DNA of 64,000 nucleotides, from contig OZ218950.1 in assembly GCA_965112735.1 (NCBI GenBank), positions 992,001 to 1,056,000 of the forward strand, written 5' to 3'. The position numbers and the translations under genes are program-made. This document shows positions 11,709 to 22,589 of the stretch, piece after piece (position 1 is the stretch's first letter; every line of letters begins with the position of its first letter). The notes beneath the pieces are model-generated. The model ran no database searches. It had not been told where the DNA came from and was given only the letters and a program-made list of their open reading frames with translations. The stretch is from Phaeosaccion multiseriatum (Eukaryota; Protista; Ochrophyta, other classes).

Positions 11709-11835
11709 AGATGGATGGATGGATGGATGGATGGATGGATGAATGGATGGGTGGATTGATGGATGGATGGATGGATGGATGGATGGATGGATGGATGGAT
11801 GGATGGATGGATGGATGGATGGATGGATGGATGGA
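11709..11835. repeat. (GGAT)n microsatellite
   Basis: Direct reading. Confidence 0.95.
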
Positions 11836-13678
11836 CAGTCTTTGCCCCTACGAAACCCTCCTTCTGTCCAGTCTCAGCTCTTGACACTTACCTCTGTCCG
11901 TCCCTCAGAAGAGCACAAATTTAAGTTTACCATGTGATATCGATTTTTAGGGTCGATAGTACGGATCGAGGGATGAGGAGCTTATATCGAAGTGTCCACC
12001 CATTGCTATCCTACACAGGTGCTCGTGGTTGAGGTGAGAGACACACGAGCTGTGGCGGCTGTGGCGGCTGTGGAGGAAGAAGAGGAGGAGGAAGAGATGG
12101 ACACCGCCCAGGGGGGCCAGCAGGAACAGCAACAGCAGAAGCTGGGGAGTTGCAAGTCAATAGCATGGTAAAATGAGGGAGGGGGAGGGGGAGGGCAGTC
12201 GCACCAGATGGCAGTGGACGCGTACACACCCACCTTTGGACGGGAGCTAGGGGCTCAGTGCCGAGGACGCTTCTCAGTCTGCTCTCTCCTTCTCCGGTAG
12301 CGCACATCGCGGAGGTGGTGGTAGTAGTAGTGTTAGTGTTAGTGGCGGTGCGCAAAGGCAACACCATGAGAGCGAGGGAGCCACTGCCGCTGCCGCTGGT
12401 GCTGCTGCTGGTGCTGTTGCTGCTGCTGCTGTCGGGGCGGGGGGTGGAGACTCCTCTGAGGCCTCTCGAAAGTTGCTCATCAACCCACTCTCACGGCAGC
12501 TGGTGCACCTTCGAGAGCGGCAGATGAGGCAGAGGGAGAGCGACGACGAGGCGGCAGCGGCGGAGGACCAACTGTTGCAGGAGCAGCAGAAGAAGAACGG
12601 CAACGGCAGAAAGAAGAGCCGCTCTTTGCTGAGGAGGCGAAGCAGCAGCAGTAGTAGCAGCAGCAGCAGCAGCGGAGGTACTGTTAGTACTGGTACTGGC
12701 GGGAGTGGGAGAGGCAGCATCGACAGCAGCGCTGATGACAGCAGTACCACCAACAGCAGCAGCTCACAGATGGCCAAGCAGCGGCAGGGGGACTGGGGGG
12801 GGCATTTTCATCTGGGCACCAAGATGAAGCGCCTCATGATGGAGGGAAGTAACACACAGCAGAGGAGCGACGGGACTCCGGGAGGGGCTCAGGTACATAC
12901 CACGTGATTACTTGACTTACGTAAGCTAACTTTAAGAAAATGTTACTTTCCCAACGATAGCTGAGCTTGCAGAGTGGGAATATGCGTGCCGGTGCGACCC
13001 GAAGCCACAGGGTATGGCCTCCCACGTACGTCAGTACCTGCAGCACGCCGCATCCATCAAGGAAGGCGCCCTCCACGCAAGGAGGGCAGTACGCGGAAAG
13101 CCGAGGGGGGGGGACAGCTGTTTGGTAGTGTGTGAGGCAAGGCAGTGGCACCCCTTCTCACCCCTGCTCATTGCAGCTGTCGAACAGCCTATAGTTCACT
13201 CCAAGCCGCTCGATAAAGAAGCGATACATGTTGAGAGGAGAAGGTGCAGGTGTATATTGACGTTGCTAATGCCTTAGAGTACCTTCCTGACTACCTTGCC
13301 CCTCCGACCCTGTGCTCCAACGCCGTAGACGCTCCTAACCCTCCCTCAAACTCCCTCCATGCCACTTCAGGCATATCGGCATGTCCGCGTTGACCACGCC
13401 TTGAAGTCAACGAAAATAAAAGTAAAGTCTCGGCCGGGGGAAATGGCCGGAACGATGTCCGGAACCTGTTCGCTGCATCCGAGGCATTACATCCATCAAT
13501 TGCAGCAGCATCGCCCTCCTCACTAAAGAAGCGACGGCCTCCAGTCACCTTGGCATTCTGGGGAGGCCATCATTCAAGAACCGTGGAGCAGCAGGCGCTA
13601 GGTTTCTTGCCTCTGTGAATAAGGAACGAGCGAAGAAAAAGGAACAGGGAGAAGAGAGGGGGGGTAGGAAGGGGAGAA

Positions 13679-16600
13679 ATGACATCCCGGGACGTGTTGG
13701 TGTCGCTGTTTAATTGCACGGGAGGAGCTCGATGGAACAAGCACAGCGGATGGGACGAATTGGGCACCATTACACCGGGCAATCATCGACATCATTTGTA
13801 TGGGGTGAATAAGAAGGGGAGGGAGGGAGTGGGGGGGTGCTATTTAGAAAATGTTACAAGCGTAGTCGAGCTCTATCTACAATGGAATGGACTAGAAGGT
13901 GAGAGACGTGCTTGTCCTTCACGGTCCTGGCTGATGGGAGTCTAAAGAGACTGCTGCTGCCCTTGTCCACACACAGGCACGATACCGGCCGAGCTTGGCG
14001 GATTACAAGCACTGACGACGCTTTTCCTTAATTGCAACGAGTTGACAGGTGGGTTACAGGCATGATGCCATTCACACCTCGTCCCTTCTCCTCGCGTGTT
14101 CACAGTGCTGAGGGGCTTTTGGTGACGTGTTGCTGCTGCCCTTGTCCGCACACAGGCACGATACCGGCCGAGCTTGGCCGATTACAAGCACTGACGGAGC
14201 TTAGCCTTGGTGGCAACAAGTTGACAGGTGGGTTTTTACATGCATGATGCCATTCACACCTTGTCCCTTCTCCTCGCGTGTTCACAGTCCTGAGGGGCTT
14301 TTTAAGACGTGTTGCTGCTGCCTTTGTCCACACACAGGGACGATACCGGCCGAGCTTGGCCGATTACGAGCACTGACGGAGCTTCACCTTAATAACAACA
14401 AGTTGACAGGTGGGTTACAGGCATGATGCCATCCACACCTCGTCCCTTCTCCTCGCGTGTTCACAGTCCTGAGGGGCTTTTTTAAAGTCGTGTTGCTGCT
14501 GCCCTTGTCCACACACAGGCACGATACCGGCCGAGCTTGGCCGATTACAAGCACTGACGGTGCTTCGCCTTGATGGCAACGAGTTGACAGGTGGGTTACA
14601 GGCATGATGCCATCCACACCTCGTCCCTTCTCCTCGCGTGTTCACAGTGCTGAGGGGCTTTTTAAGACGTGTTGCTGCTGCCCTTGTCCACACACAGGCA
14701 CGATACCGGCCGAGCTTGGCGGATTACAAGCACTGACGGTGCTTTGCCTTTTTGACAACAAGTTGACAGGTGGGTTACAGGCATGATGCCATCCACACCT
14801 CGTCCCTTCTCCTCGTGTGTCCACAGTCCTGAGGGGCTTTTTATGACGTGTTGCTGCTGCCCTTGTCCACACACAGGCACGATACCGGCCGAGCTTGGCG
14901 GATTACAAGCACTGAGGTGGCTTCACCTCGGTGACAACAAGTTGACAGGTGGGTTTTTACAGGCATGATGCCATCCACACCTCGTCCCTTCTCCTCGCGT
15001 GTTCACAGTGCGGGGGGGCTTCTTAAGACGTGTTGCTGCTGCCCTTGTCCACACACAGGCACGATACCGGCCGAGCTTGGCGGATTACAAGCACTGACGG
15101 TGCTTAATTTCTATGGGAACGAGTTGACAGGTGGGTTTTAACAGGCATGATGCCATCCACACCTCGTCCCTTCTCCTCCCGTGCTCACGCACGGTAAGCC
15201 CTTCCAGATGGTCCGAAGCCTCCTCTCAGCGGTTTTGCTTGCTTGAATGACTCGTCTCTTGCTCCATACTCCATGGGATTCGACTGTACTTCGCGGTTAA
15301 GCAAACCACGAGTGACCTCCCGAGGAGAGGAGACCCCGCTCTGTCCTGCCTTGCTGCGTAGTAGGTGTAGCATTGGTTGGCGTGACTGACTCTCTCTGAC
15401 GCGCCGATCTCTCTTCTATGCGCGGTCCGCAGGCAACCCCGGTAGGCTACAAGACCGGGACAAAGTGCAGATTTGGCAGCGAGAGCTTCCGCTGACGACC
15501 GAGAGAGATATAGCCCGCTACGAGCTGCAGACTGAAAGGGCCTCCTTCATCACGCTCAAGGCCGAGCTTGAGCAGGCCAGACGAGACACAGAGTCTCTGC
15601 TGGAGGAGGCACAAAGAGCGTCGCTGTCCTCCGGGGTGGGCATGCTGCTGGCCGTTACGGACGCTGTAGCGAGCACCAGAGGCCCCAAGCAGAAGGAGCA
15701 CAGCTCTGAGGTGCAAGAGCAGCATCAGAGAGAAGGTGTTGAGGAAAGGGCCCAACTTCCAACAGCCTCCTGGAGGGGTCTACTCAAGGCGATTGAGCTC
15801 ATGTCCAAAGGCAAAGCGACGCAGGACAATGGCACAATCGGGACAGAGGCTCTGGCTGAGATGGTGCAGGAGGAAAGGCGGGCAAGCGGGCACTGGGACT
15901 CTCTCAAGATGCATCAGAACATACTGAGGGAGTGGAGCCCGCCTGTGTCGGGGGAGGCTCGGGCGGAAGAGGTTAGCATTGGTGAGATCGAGGCGGTGTT
16001 GGTTGACAACAATGGGTTTACGGGGGCGAGCTTGCATGAGGTCGTGGCTGCTCGAGACGGGGAGAGGAAAAACCTGGTGGACGCGATGAGCCAGCTCCTT
16101 CTGATGAGTGCGAGAGAGGAGCTTCCCGACAAGATCGACGCCGAGAAGAGAGAGATCGAGAGTGTAGAGGGTCTGCTGGCACCGCTGAAAGAGTTCCAAC
16201 TGTCATTTAGGGACCTACTTGAGGAGGGCGGAGGGCAGGGCGAAGACGAAAGCTTCGACATTGGAGCGCTGTGGGGGCAGGACGTTGACGAAAGCTTCGA
16301 CATTGGTGCGCTGTGCACAGAGGCGCTGCAAGCTGTGAGCCAGTGGGAGGCAGCGCACGATCTCGCTGCCCTCGCGCAGGGCACTGACGGGTGCTGCAGA
16401 GAGCTAGGGCAGGCGCTGGCGAAAGCGCTTGGGTCGCTGGGAGGCACAAGCCCCGGAGTCGAGGAGGGAGCAGGAGCTGTGGGAGAGAGCGAGGAGGACG
16501 ATGGCGACGTACGGCGATGCCTTCGACTGGCGGCCGAGGCGCAGGCGGCAGTCAACGACGAAGAGAGCGGCAGCGAACTAAGCTCCTTGCTCAAAGACCT

Positions 16601-17907
16601 TCCGCTCGTCGCCGTCCTGCAGGCTGGGGAGCGCCTGCTCGCGTACCACCAACAGAGGGTGGAGACCATGGAGGGACTGGGCGCCAGACGAGGCATCTTC
16701 CTCGACGTGCTCGCTCAGCAGCAGGGGGTAAGCATCGCCTTCCACCACACCTTTGCACTCTCGTCACTCTCTCTATGTCTTTATCTCCGCTCGAAGATAC
16801 TCAGCACAGAGGAGCGAAAGTGCTCCACGAAGTGTGTGGCTCTGACAGAGTCCATTGTGCCGCTCGACGCCTCCTTTCTTTGGAGACTTGACCTGCTCTT
16901 CTGACACGTCCTGTGCCCTCCAGGTGGTGTCCAGCGCGTGCTACCCTCCCGACAACAGCGGACTGAAGGCCCTCCGCGGAGACCTGCACGACCTTCAGGA
17001 CGAGATGGAAATACTGAAGACCCGAATCCCCCAGAAGCAGCGCCGGGGAGAGCCCACCGACGGCCTGCAGGCAGAGCTGAGCCGCGTCATCTCCGACATT
17101 AGTCGGAAGGTAGGGCGAGTGTTGTATGGGGTTGGCTTACGAGTAGTGGGTCCGCAGGGGAGCTCTCGATCCTCCCCTCCTCTTGGGCACGCAGTGTCAC
17201 GCGACTGACGTCTCTCCTCTCCCGTTGGTTGTGCGGCTGTGCTCCTCTGCCCAAGTAGAAGCTAAGCCGGCACATCATGGCGGAGGAGAGCAAGCTGTAC
17301 CGCCTGGCGCAGGAGCACTTCCCCGAGCTGCTGCTGGAGGGCAACGAGTGGGGCAAGGAGGTGGGCATTGACGCCTCCTCCTTTGGGGCAGAGGCGCGGC
17401 GCCTGGGCCTGCTGGCAGATGGCCGGACGCTGCAGAGCTTCGCCAAGCATACGCTGCTCTCCACGCAGGCGGGAAGGCGTGTCTACCTCGTGGAGGAGGC
17501 AGGGGAGTCCATGGCAGAGCAGCAGCAGGACGGTGTGCCTCTCCGGCGGAAAATGGTGGTTAAAGAGTTCAGCTTGAAGCTGGAACGGGACATGCGGCAC
17601 TTCTACAGACAGGTGCGTCTGGCCTGTCCCTCTCACGCATAGCCGTAAGTTGCTGACAAGTGAGCCCAAACGCACGCACTCACGTCAGAGCCTGCTCTCC
17701 CCTCCTCCTCACCTCCCGCCCTCCGTGACCAACAGGTTGCCCTGCTGCACCAGCTGAGGCATCCCAATCTCGTGGGCGTGTGTGCTGTGTTCCAGGACGT
17801 CACGGCGGGCTCTTGCTACCTGCAGATGCCGCACTATGGGGGAGGAGATGTCCGAGCCTGGATGGACGCCAACCCCGCCACGGCCAGGGATGCCGTCTTC
17901 TGCGCGC

Positions 17908-17954
<47 letters not shown>

Positions 17955-19500
17955 CAGAGGGTGGACTGAGCGGAGAACAGAGTCAAACACCCCGCCCAAA
18001 CGTTCTATCCAGTTCTACCTTTCCACTGAGCATCTCTTCGCTTCCGTCCGCCGTCCGCGCCTCGCAGATTCTGAGCGACGTGTTGGCCGGGCTGCACCAC
18101 CTTCACGCAAACGGCCTCGTGCACTGCGACCTCAAGCCCTCCAACGTGCTGCTCACCACGCGAGGCACCGCCGTGCTGTCGGACTTTGACGGGCTACGCA
18201 AGGGGGACAACTTGGCCAGCGGCATGGGATCGACCACTTTTGTAGGAGGCATCCAGGGAACTATGGGCTACCTCCCTCCAGAGCTGCTGCAATCGCCAGG
18301 CACGAGTGTGATGAAAAACCTCATCACTCCAAGCGTCGACATGTTCGCTTTCGGGAGGGTTGCGGAGGAGCTGCTACAAGAAGGGGTGCAGCTCAGTTGG
18401 CGAAGAGGGGAGGGAGGCGACAGGAAGGCAGAGCACCGCAGGAGATGGGACTCGCTCAAAGGCTTGATCACTGCACTGGTGGCTGATGACCCGGCCAAGA
18501 GGATGAGCAGCTCGGACGCGCTGGCCCACCCTCTCTTGGTGGAGCTCGGTAGGAGGACCGCGGAGGGAGAGGACAGGGTGAAGCAGCGCAAGCTCCAGTG
18601 CGGCGTCTGCTTTGACACATTCCTCGCTGCGGAGGGGGTGCAATGCGGCGCGGAGCACTTCATCTGTGACGAGTGCCTGGAAGGGTACGTGACGGCCAAG
18701 AGCGAGTCTGAAGAGAGGAAGGCGCTGTACAAGGGCGGGCTGCAGTGCCCCCAGCCTGGCTGCGCATCAAGTCCCTTCCAAGGACACACCATTGCCAGCC
18801 ACGTGTCCGCCTCCGTGTATGAGGCATATCGCACGGCGCTCAACGCGGGGCTGGAGACCAAGGTTGTGCAAGGCATGGAGAGGGTTCACGAGGTGAGGAT
18901 GAAGGTGGCTGGGGGTGAGGATGATGATGGATGGAGATCGTTTGGTGTGTTGCTAGATGCCGTTCTTATGGGCCATTCATGTGGACTGTGTGGCGACTGT
19001 GTGTGGCTTGTCTTCACCGTTGCTGCCTCTCCTCTCGCTATTTGCGTCCCCTCGTTGTGCAGGAGAGGCTGGAGGCGATGCGCAGAGACTTTGCCAATCG
19101 ATCGGCGGCCGACGCCCTCGAGGAGGAGGCCCGTCAGCACTCGCTCCGTGTCATCGAAACGGTCATCAACCTGGCCTGCCCACGCTGCAAGCAGGCCTTC
19201 GTGGACTTCACCGGTTGCTTCGCCCTCACGTGCGGCCGCTGTTCTGCGGCCTTTTGTGCCTACTGCCTCGCGGACTGCGGCAGCGACGCTCACGCACACG
19301 TGGCATCATGTGCTCTGAAACGAACTGGAGGTTTATACGCCAGCGTCGACGACGTCGAGGCCGCCCAAAAGGGCAGGAGGGAGAAGCTGCTGGCGGCCTA
19401 CCTGCAGCCTCTGCGGGCAGAAGTGCGCGTCAGGGTGGTGGAGCTGCTCCAGCCACACGTGAAGGACCTGGGTCTCTCCATCGGACGGCCAGGAAACTGA
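13679..19500 (+). CDS. LRR - helical/coiled-coil - protein kinase - RING/Rcat (RBR-like E3 ligase) protein, copy 2, complete (~1331 aa)
   Basis: ATG 13679. N-cap exon 13679-13898 (MTSRDVLVSLFNCTGGARWNKHSGW...VVELYLQWNGLEG). Seven 72-nt LRR exons 13977-14048, 14156-14227, 14338-14409, 14519-14590, 14698-14769, 14877-14948, 15059-15130. Then 15433-16727, 16924-17109, 17259-17612, 17736-17909, 18068-18892, 19063-19500 (TGA). Summed length 3996 nt, open frame. No signal peptide or obvious TM helix. Confidence 0.92.
13950..15188 (+). repeat. Tandem array of seven ~179-182 bp LRR exon+intron cassettes
   Basis: Same unit as 1-994; last intron truncated at ~15188. Confidence 0.97.
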
Positions 19501-19929
19501 GATCTAGAACAGGAGGGCAGGACGGCGGGGGGGCTCATGAAATAGACAGAGGGCTCGAGTGAGTGTTGTGCCCAGTATAGCGGTATAGCGGTATACTTGA
19601 GGAACACGCACACCACGTCCTACAGGCCTACAGGGCAAGGAGTGGGGGGCTAAGGTGGAGGCAGGCAGGCGAGGCTTTCATCCATTTTTCCTGTGTCCAT
19701 TCATTTAGTAATAATTCATGCATTCTTTCATAAGATAGCTACTTGCTGAAGCCAACAAGAGATGAGCGAGGACGGCTCTGTCCTATCCCTTGTACGCTCT
19801 CATACTACCGACCACTTGCCGTACTGTGTTGAGCTCGGCGGGTAGGGGTCGAGAGAAGAAACAAGCAGGAACGGAGGGGACGCTGGAAGCAAGGCCGTAG
19901 GGCGGAGGGCCGAGGTCCCCTCCTTCGCA
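15190..19929 (+). repeat. Segmental duplicate of 1199-5969 (non-LRR part of the receptor gene plus ~430 bp of 3' flank)
   Basis: Colinear near-identity including introns. Similarity stops abruptly after gaggtcccctccttcgca (5969 vs 19929). Confidence 0.96.
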
Positions 19930-20217
19930 TTTGAGACAGACTCAACAATCCGAAGAAAAATCGCCCTCCAAAGTTCAAGTCAAGGCAAGAGCAACAAGCC
20001 CCACTATGATAAAAACGAAGGGTGGGAAGAGGATTTTGTTTTTGTTTTTTGTTTTGTTCGTAACAAATGCTTAATTTAATGCATCTTCTTTGTTACGAAC
20101 AAAGAATAATGATTTTTTTTTTTAAAAAAATGTTTAAAGCATCTTCTTTGCATGTTGTGTCTCTCCGCAAGACTCACAGCTGGGTGCCCAAACTCAAAAA
20201 AAAAACACCCCACAAAC

Positions 20218-21556
20218 ATGCTTATCCTCCCGCTTCTCTCGCTGCTCCTTGGCCTCCTCGCAGTCGTGTCCGCGGGAGGCCCCCCAGACTATCCATCTTG
20301 GCCCCCGACGTTTCACGCTTCCTGTTGGCAAAGCAGGGGAGGTGATTTGGCACTCGTTGATCTCTGGTAAGTTGTTTCCGCTCTCCTCCCCCTCCTCCAA
20401 TCGCATCGAGTGTAAGCAGGCTGAACGCTGTGTCCCTCGTCCTTCGTTGCTTGCCGTCCCCCCTTCCCCTGCCCACGTTCTTCATCAGCTGAACACTTTT
20501 GTGCCCCCTGAACACGTTTGTGCCCTCCGCCCCCCCCCCCTCCCCTTTCGCTTTCAAAGGTACGACTACCCTGGCGGCCACAACCTCAATATCATCACTT
20601 CTCAGGGGGGTGAAGCCAAAGGGCCCCTGTTCGACAATGAGACCCCGTCCGGTTCGACGTACTACTACACGCCCCAGGTAAAGTGTGTCTTGATCGTTTC
20701 CAGCCTCTACTACTGCTGTGTCGGGCCATCACTAACAGCAGTCTCATGCACGAGTGAAGAGCGCAACTTTAGAGTTTGGTATCTTACGGCCTGCTGCTGC
20801 TGGTGCTCCCCTTTCCACCAACTGCTTCCTGCTGCTCTCTGCCGAAACCCTTTGCCTGGCGGTACGACAGACTGGCGAGTGCTCCGTGATCGAGATGGGG
20901 GTGGGGCTGCTGCCTCCTAACTGGCTCGAGGGCGCCACTTACCTGGGCCAAGAGGGCGTAAGTTCTTCAAGATAGCGAGAGAGAGAGATGGAGATGACAG
21001 AGGGGGGGGGGGAGAGAGGAGGGAGAAGGGAAGGGAAGGGGAGAGAGAAAGGTCTTCCTCTACACAGAACGCCACACAGAGCTTGCCGTCGTGATCTGCC
21101 CACTCCTCCCCGGGCCTTGTCCCTCGTTCGCCGTCCCTGACAACCCCCCCCCCCCCCAACACCCAACACCACCGCCAACACCCCCATCAGGTGGGCATCT
21201 ACCCCTGCACCTACAAATGGGAGAAGGGTGACTCCGACATTCCCCACACACCCTTCGTGACTTACTGGAGCGAATGTGGCTCGGACAGGCCTGTCAAGTG
21301 GATCTTCTTTGACGGTGCCGTGTTCAACGTGATTCGCTTCGAGGAGGGCGTCTCTCCACCGAGTGACTTGGTGCAGATACCCGACTACTGTCCGAGCGGT
21401 CACGGCAGCGACGGTGGAGGCGGCTTGCGGCAGGGCACTGCTACTGCTAGCACTAGCACTAGCACAAGCACTGGTAGTAGTACTACCGCTACTGCCAGTC
21501 GTGGCAGTATCGGTAGTATTCGTGGTAGCAGCAGCCGGAGCAGGAGCGGCGCAAAG

Positions 21557-21587
<31 letters not shown>

Positions 21588-21688
21588 TTGGTGATACAGC
21601 AGTGGCGGCCGCACAGATGGCGGCAGGGACTGCAGAAGAGCCGTCCGCCGGGCTCATGCGGAGGCTCCAGAGGCTGCATAAGGCATGA
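20218..21688 (+). CDS. Secreted protein similar to plant At4g14100-type uncharacterised proteins (likely ependymin-related/LolA-like fold) with a low-complexity C-tail
   Basis: Exons 20218-20366, 20560-20677, 20871-20957, 21191-21688. Signal peptide MLILPLLSLLLGLLAVVSA. Motifs PSWPPTFHA, LWYDYPGGHNLNII, GVGLLPPNWLEGATYLGQ, KWEK, RPVKWIFFDG, QIPDYC match this family from memory. Confidence 0.8.
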
Positions 21689-22044
21689 GCACGGACAGTT
21701 TCAGTTTATTGACCTCGATCGATCAATGTCGACCATGTCGATACTATCTATCGATATGCCGCGACGGGCCGAGTTCCTCCTGGGGTATTTGTTCGCGAGG
21801 TTGCCTCCCCGAGTGGTCTCTCCACCCTGTGTATGTATATATGTTGACAATCTGTTACTCAGTTAGTCAACACCATTGTAATGAATCGAAGATGGACGAC
21901 GACAAGTTGCACTGGGCTCTATATTACTCCTCCATGCACAGCTGTCCTTCAAGACCGAGAAGGATGGTTAGTCGATATGGCATCCGGGGCTCAGTAGAGT
22001 GGAGCTCTTCCCCCGCCCGGGCACCGACACCTGCTGTATCACCA

Positions 22045-22081
<37 letters not shown>

Positions 22082-22139
22082 CTGCTTTTTGATGCTCGTC
22101 TACTTTGGCCTCTATGTCTGGCGCCTCCTTCCTGTGGCG

Positions 22140-22412
22140 TTACGAAAGTATGGCAGTAGACTGGGCGAACATGTTTGCCTCCATCGACTGATACCTCTGC
22201 TGCTTGAGCAACGCCTTCTGGAGCTGCAGAGCCACAGAACCGTCAGGCACAGCCACAGAAGGGGGAGACAGAGCAGAGGAGAGAGACACATAAAAGGAGA
22301 GGGACAGAGAGAGAGAGAGAGAGACATAAAAGGAGAGGGACAGAGAGAGAGAGAGAGAGAGAGACATAAAATGAGAGGGACACAGAGAGAGAGAGAGACA
22401 TAAAAGGAGAGG

Positions 22413-22464
<52 letters not shown>

Positions 22465-22557
22465 AGTCGATGAGTGCATAGTGTGGGCACGTTGGCAATA
22501 CTCCGTGCGTGTGTGTGCGCGCGCGTGCCTGTGCGCGTGCCCGCCTGCCTGCCTCTG

Positions 22558-22589
<32 letters not shown>

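Larger units (their letters stand above)
6036..12907 (+). pseudogene. Multi-exon coiled-coil protein gene with frameshift/nonsense lesions (probable pseudogene); boundaries approximate
   Basis: Exon-like blocks with splice sites: 7711-7877 (ALCNILLSHLSRVGTDLQRGERTLRETKSSLEE), 8231-8350, ~8564-8693, 8977-9064, 10843-10960 (AALCDLEAEVARLTAEKRVLVSELSRV), 11546-11688, 12019-12892. Lesions: extra AC at ~8680 giving TGA; 4-nt duplication at ~11637-11644 giving TAG; apparent in-frame TAA at ~12169. Confidence 0.55.

Noticed and set aside
8680-22142. Alternative genetic code suggested by several in-frame stops
   Set aside because: The stops are of all three types, two are explained by micro-duplication frameshifts, and long conserved exons (kinase, channel, ataxin-2) contain no internal stops.
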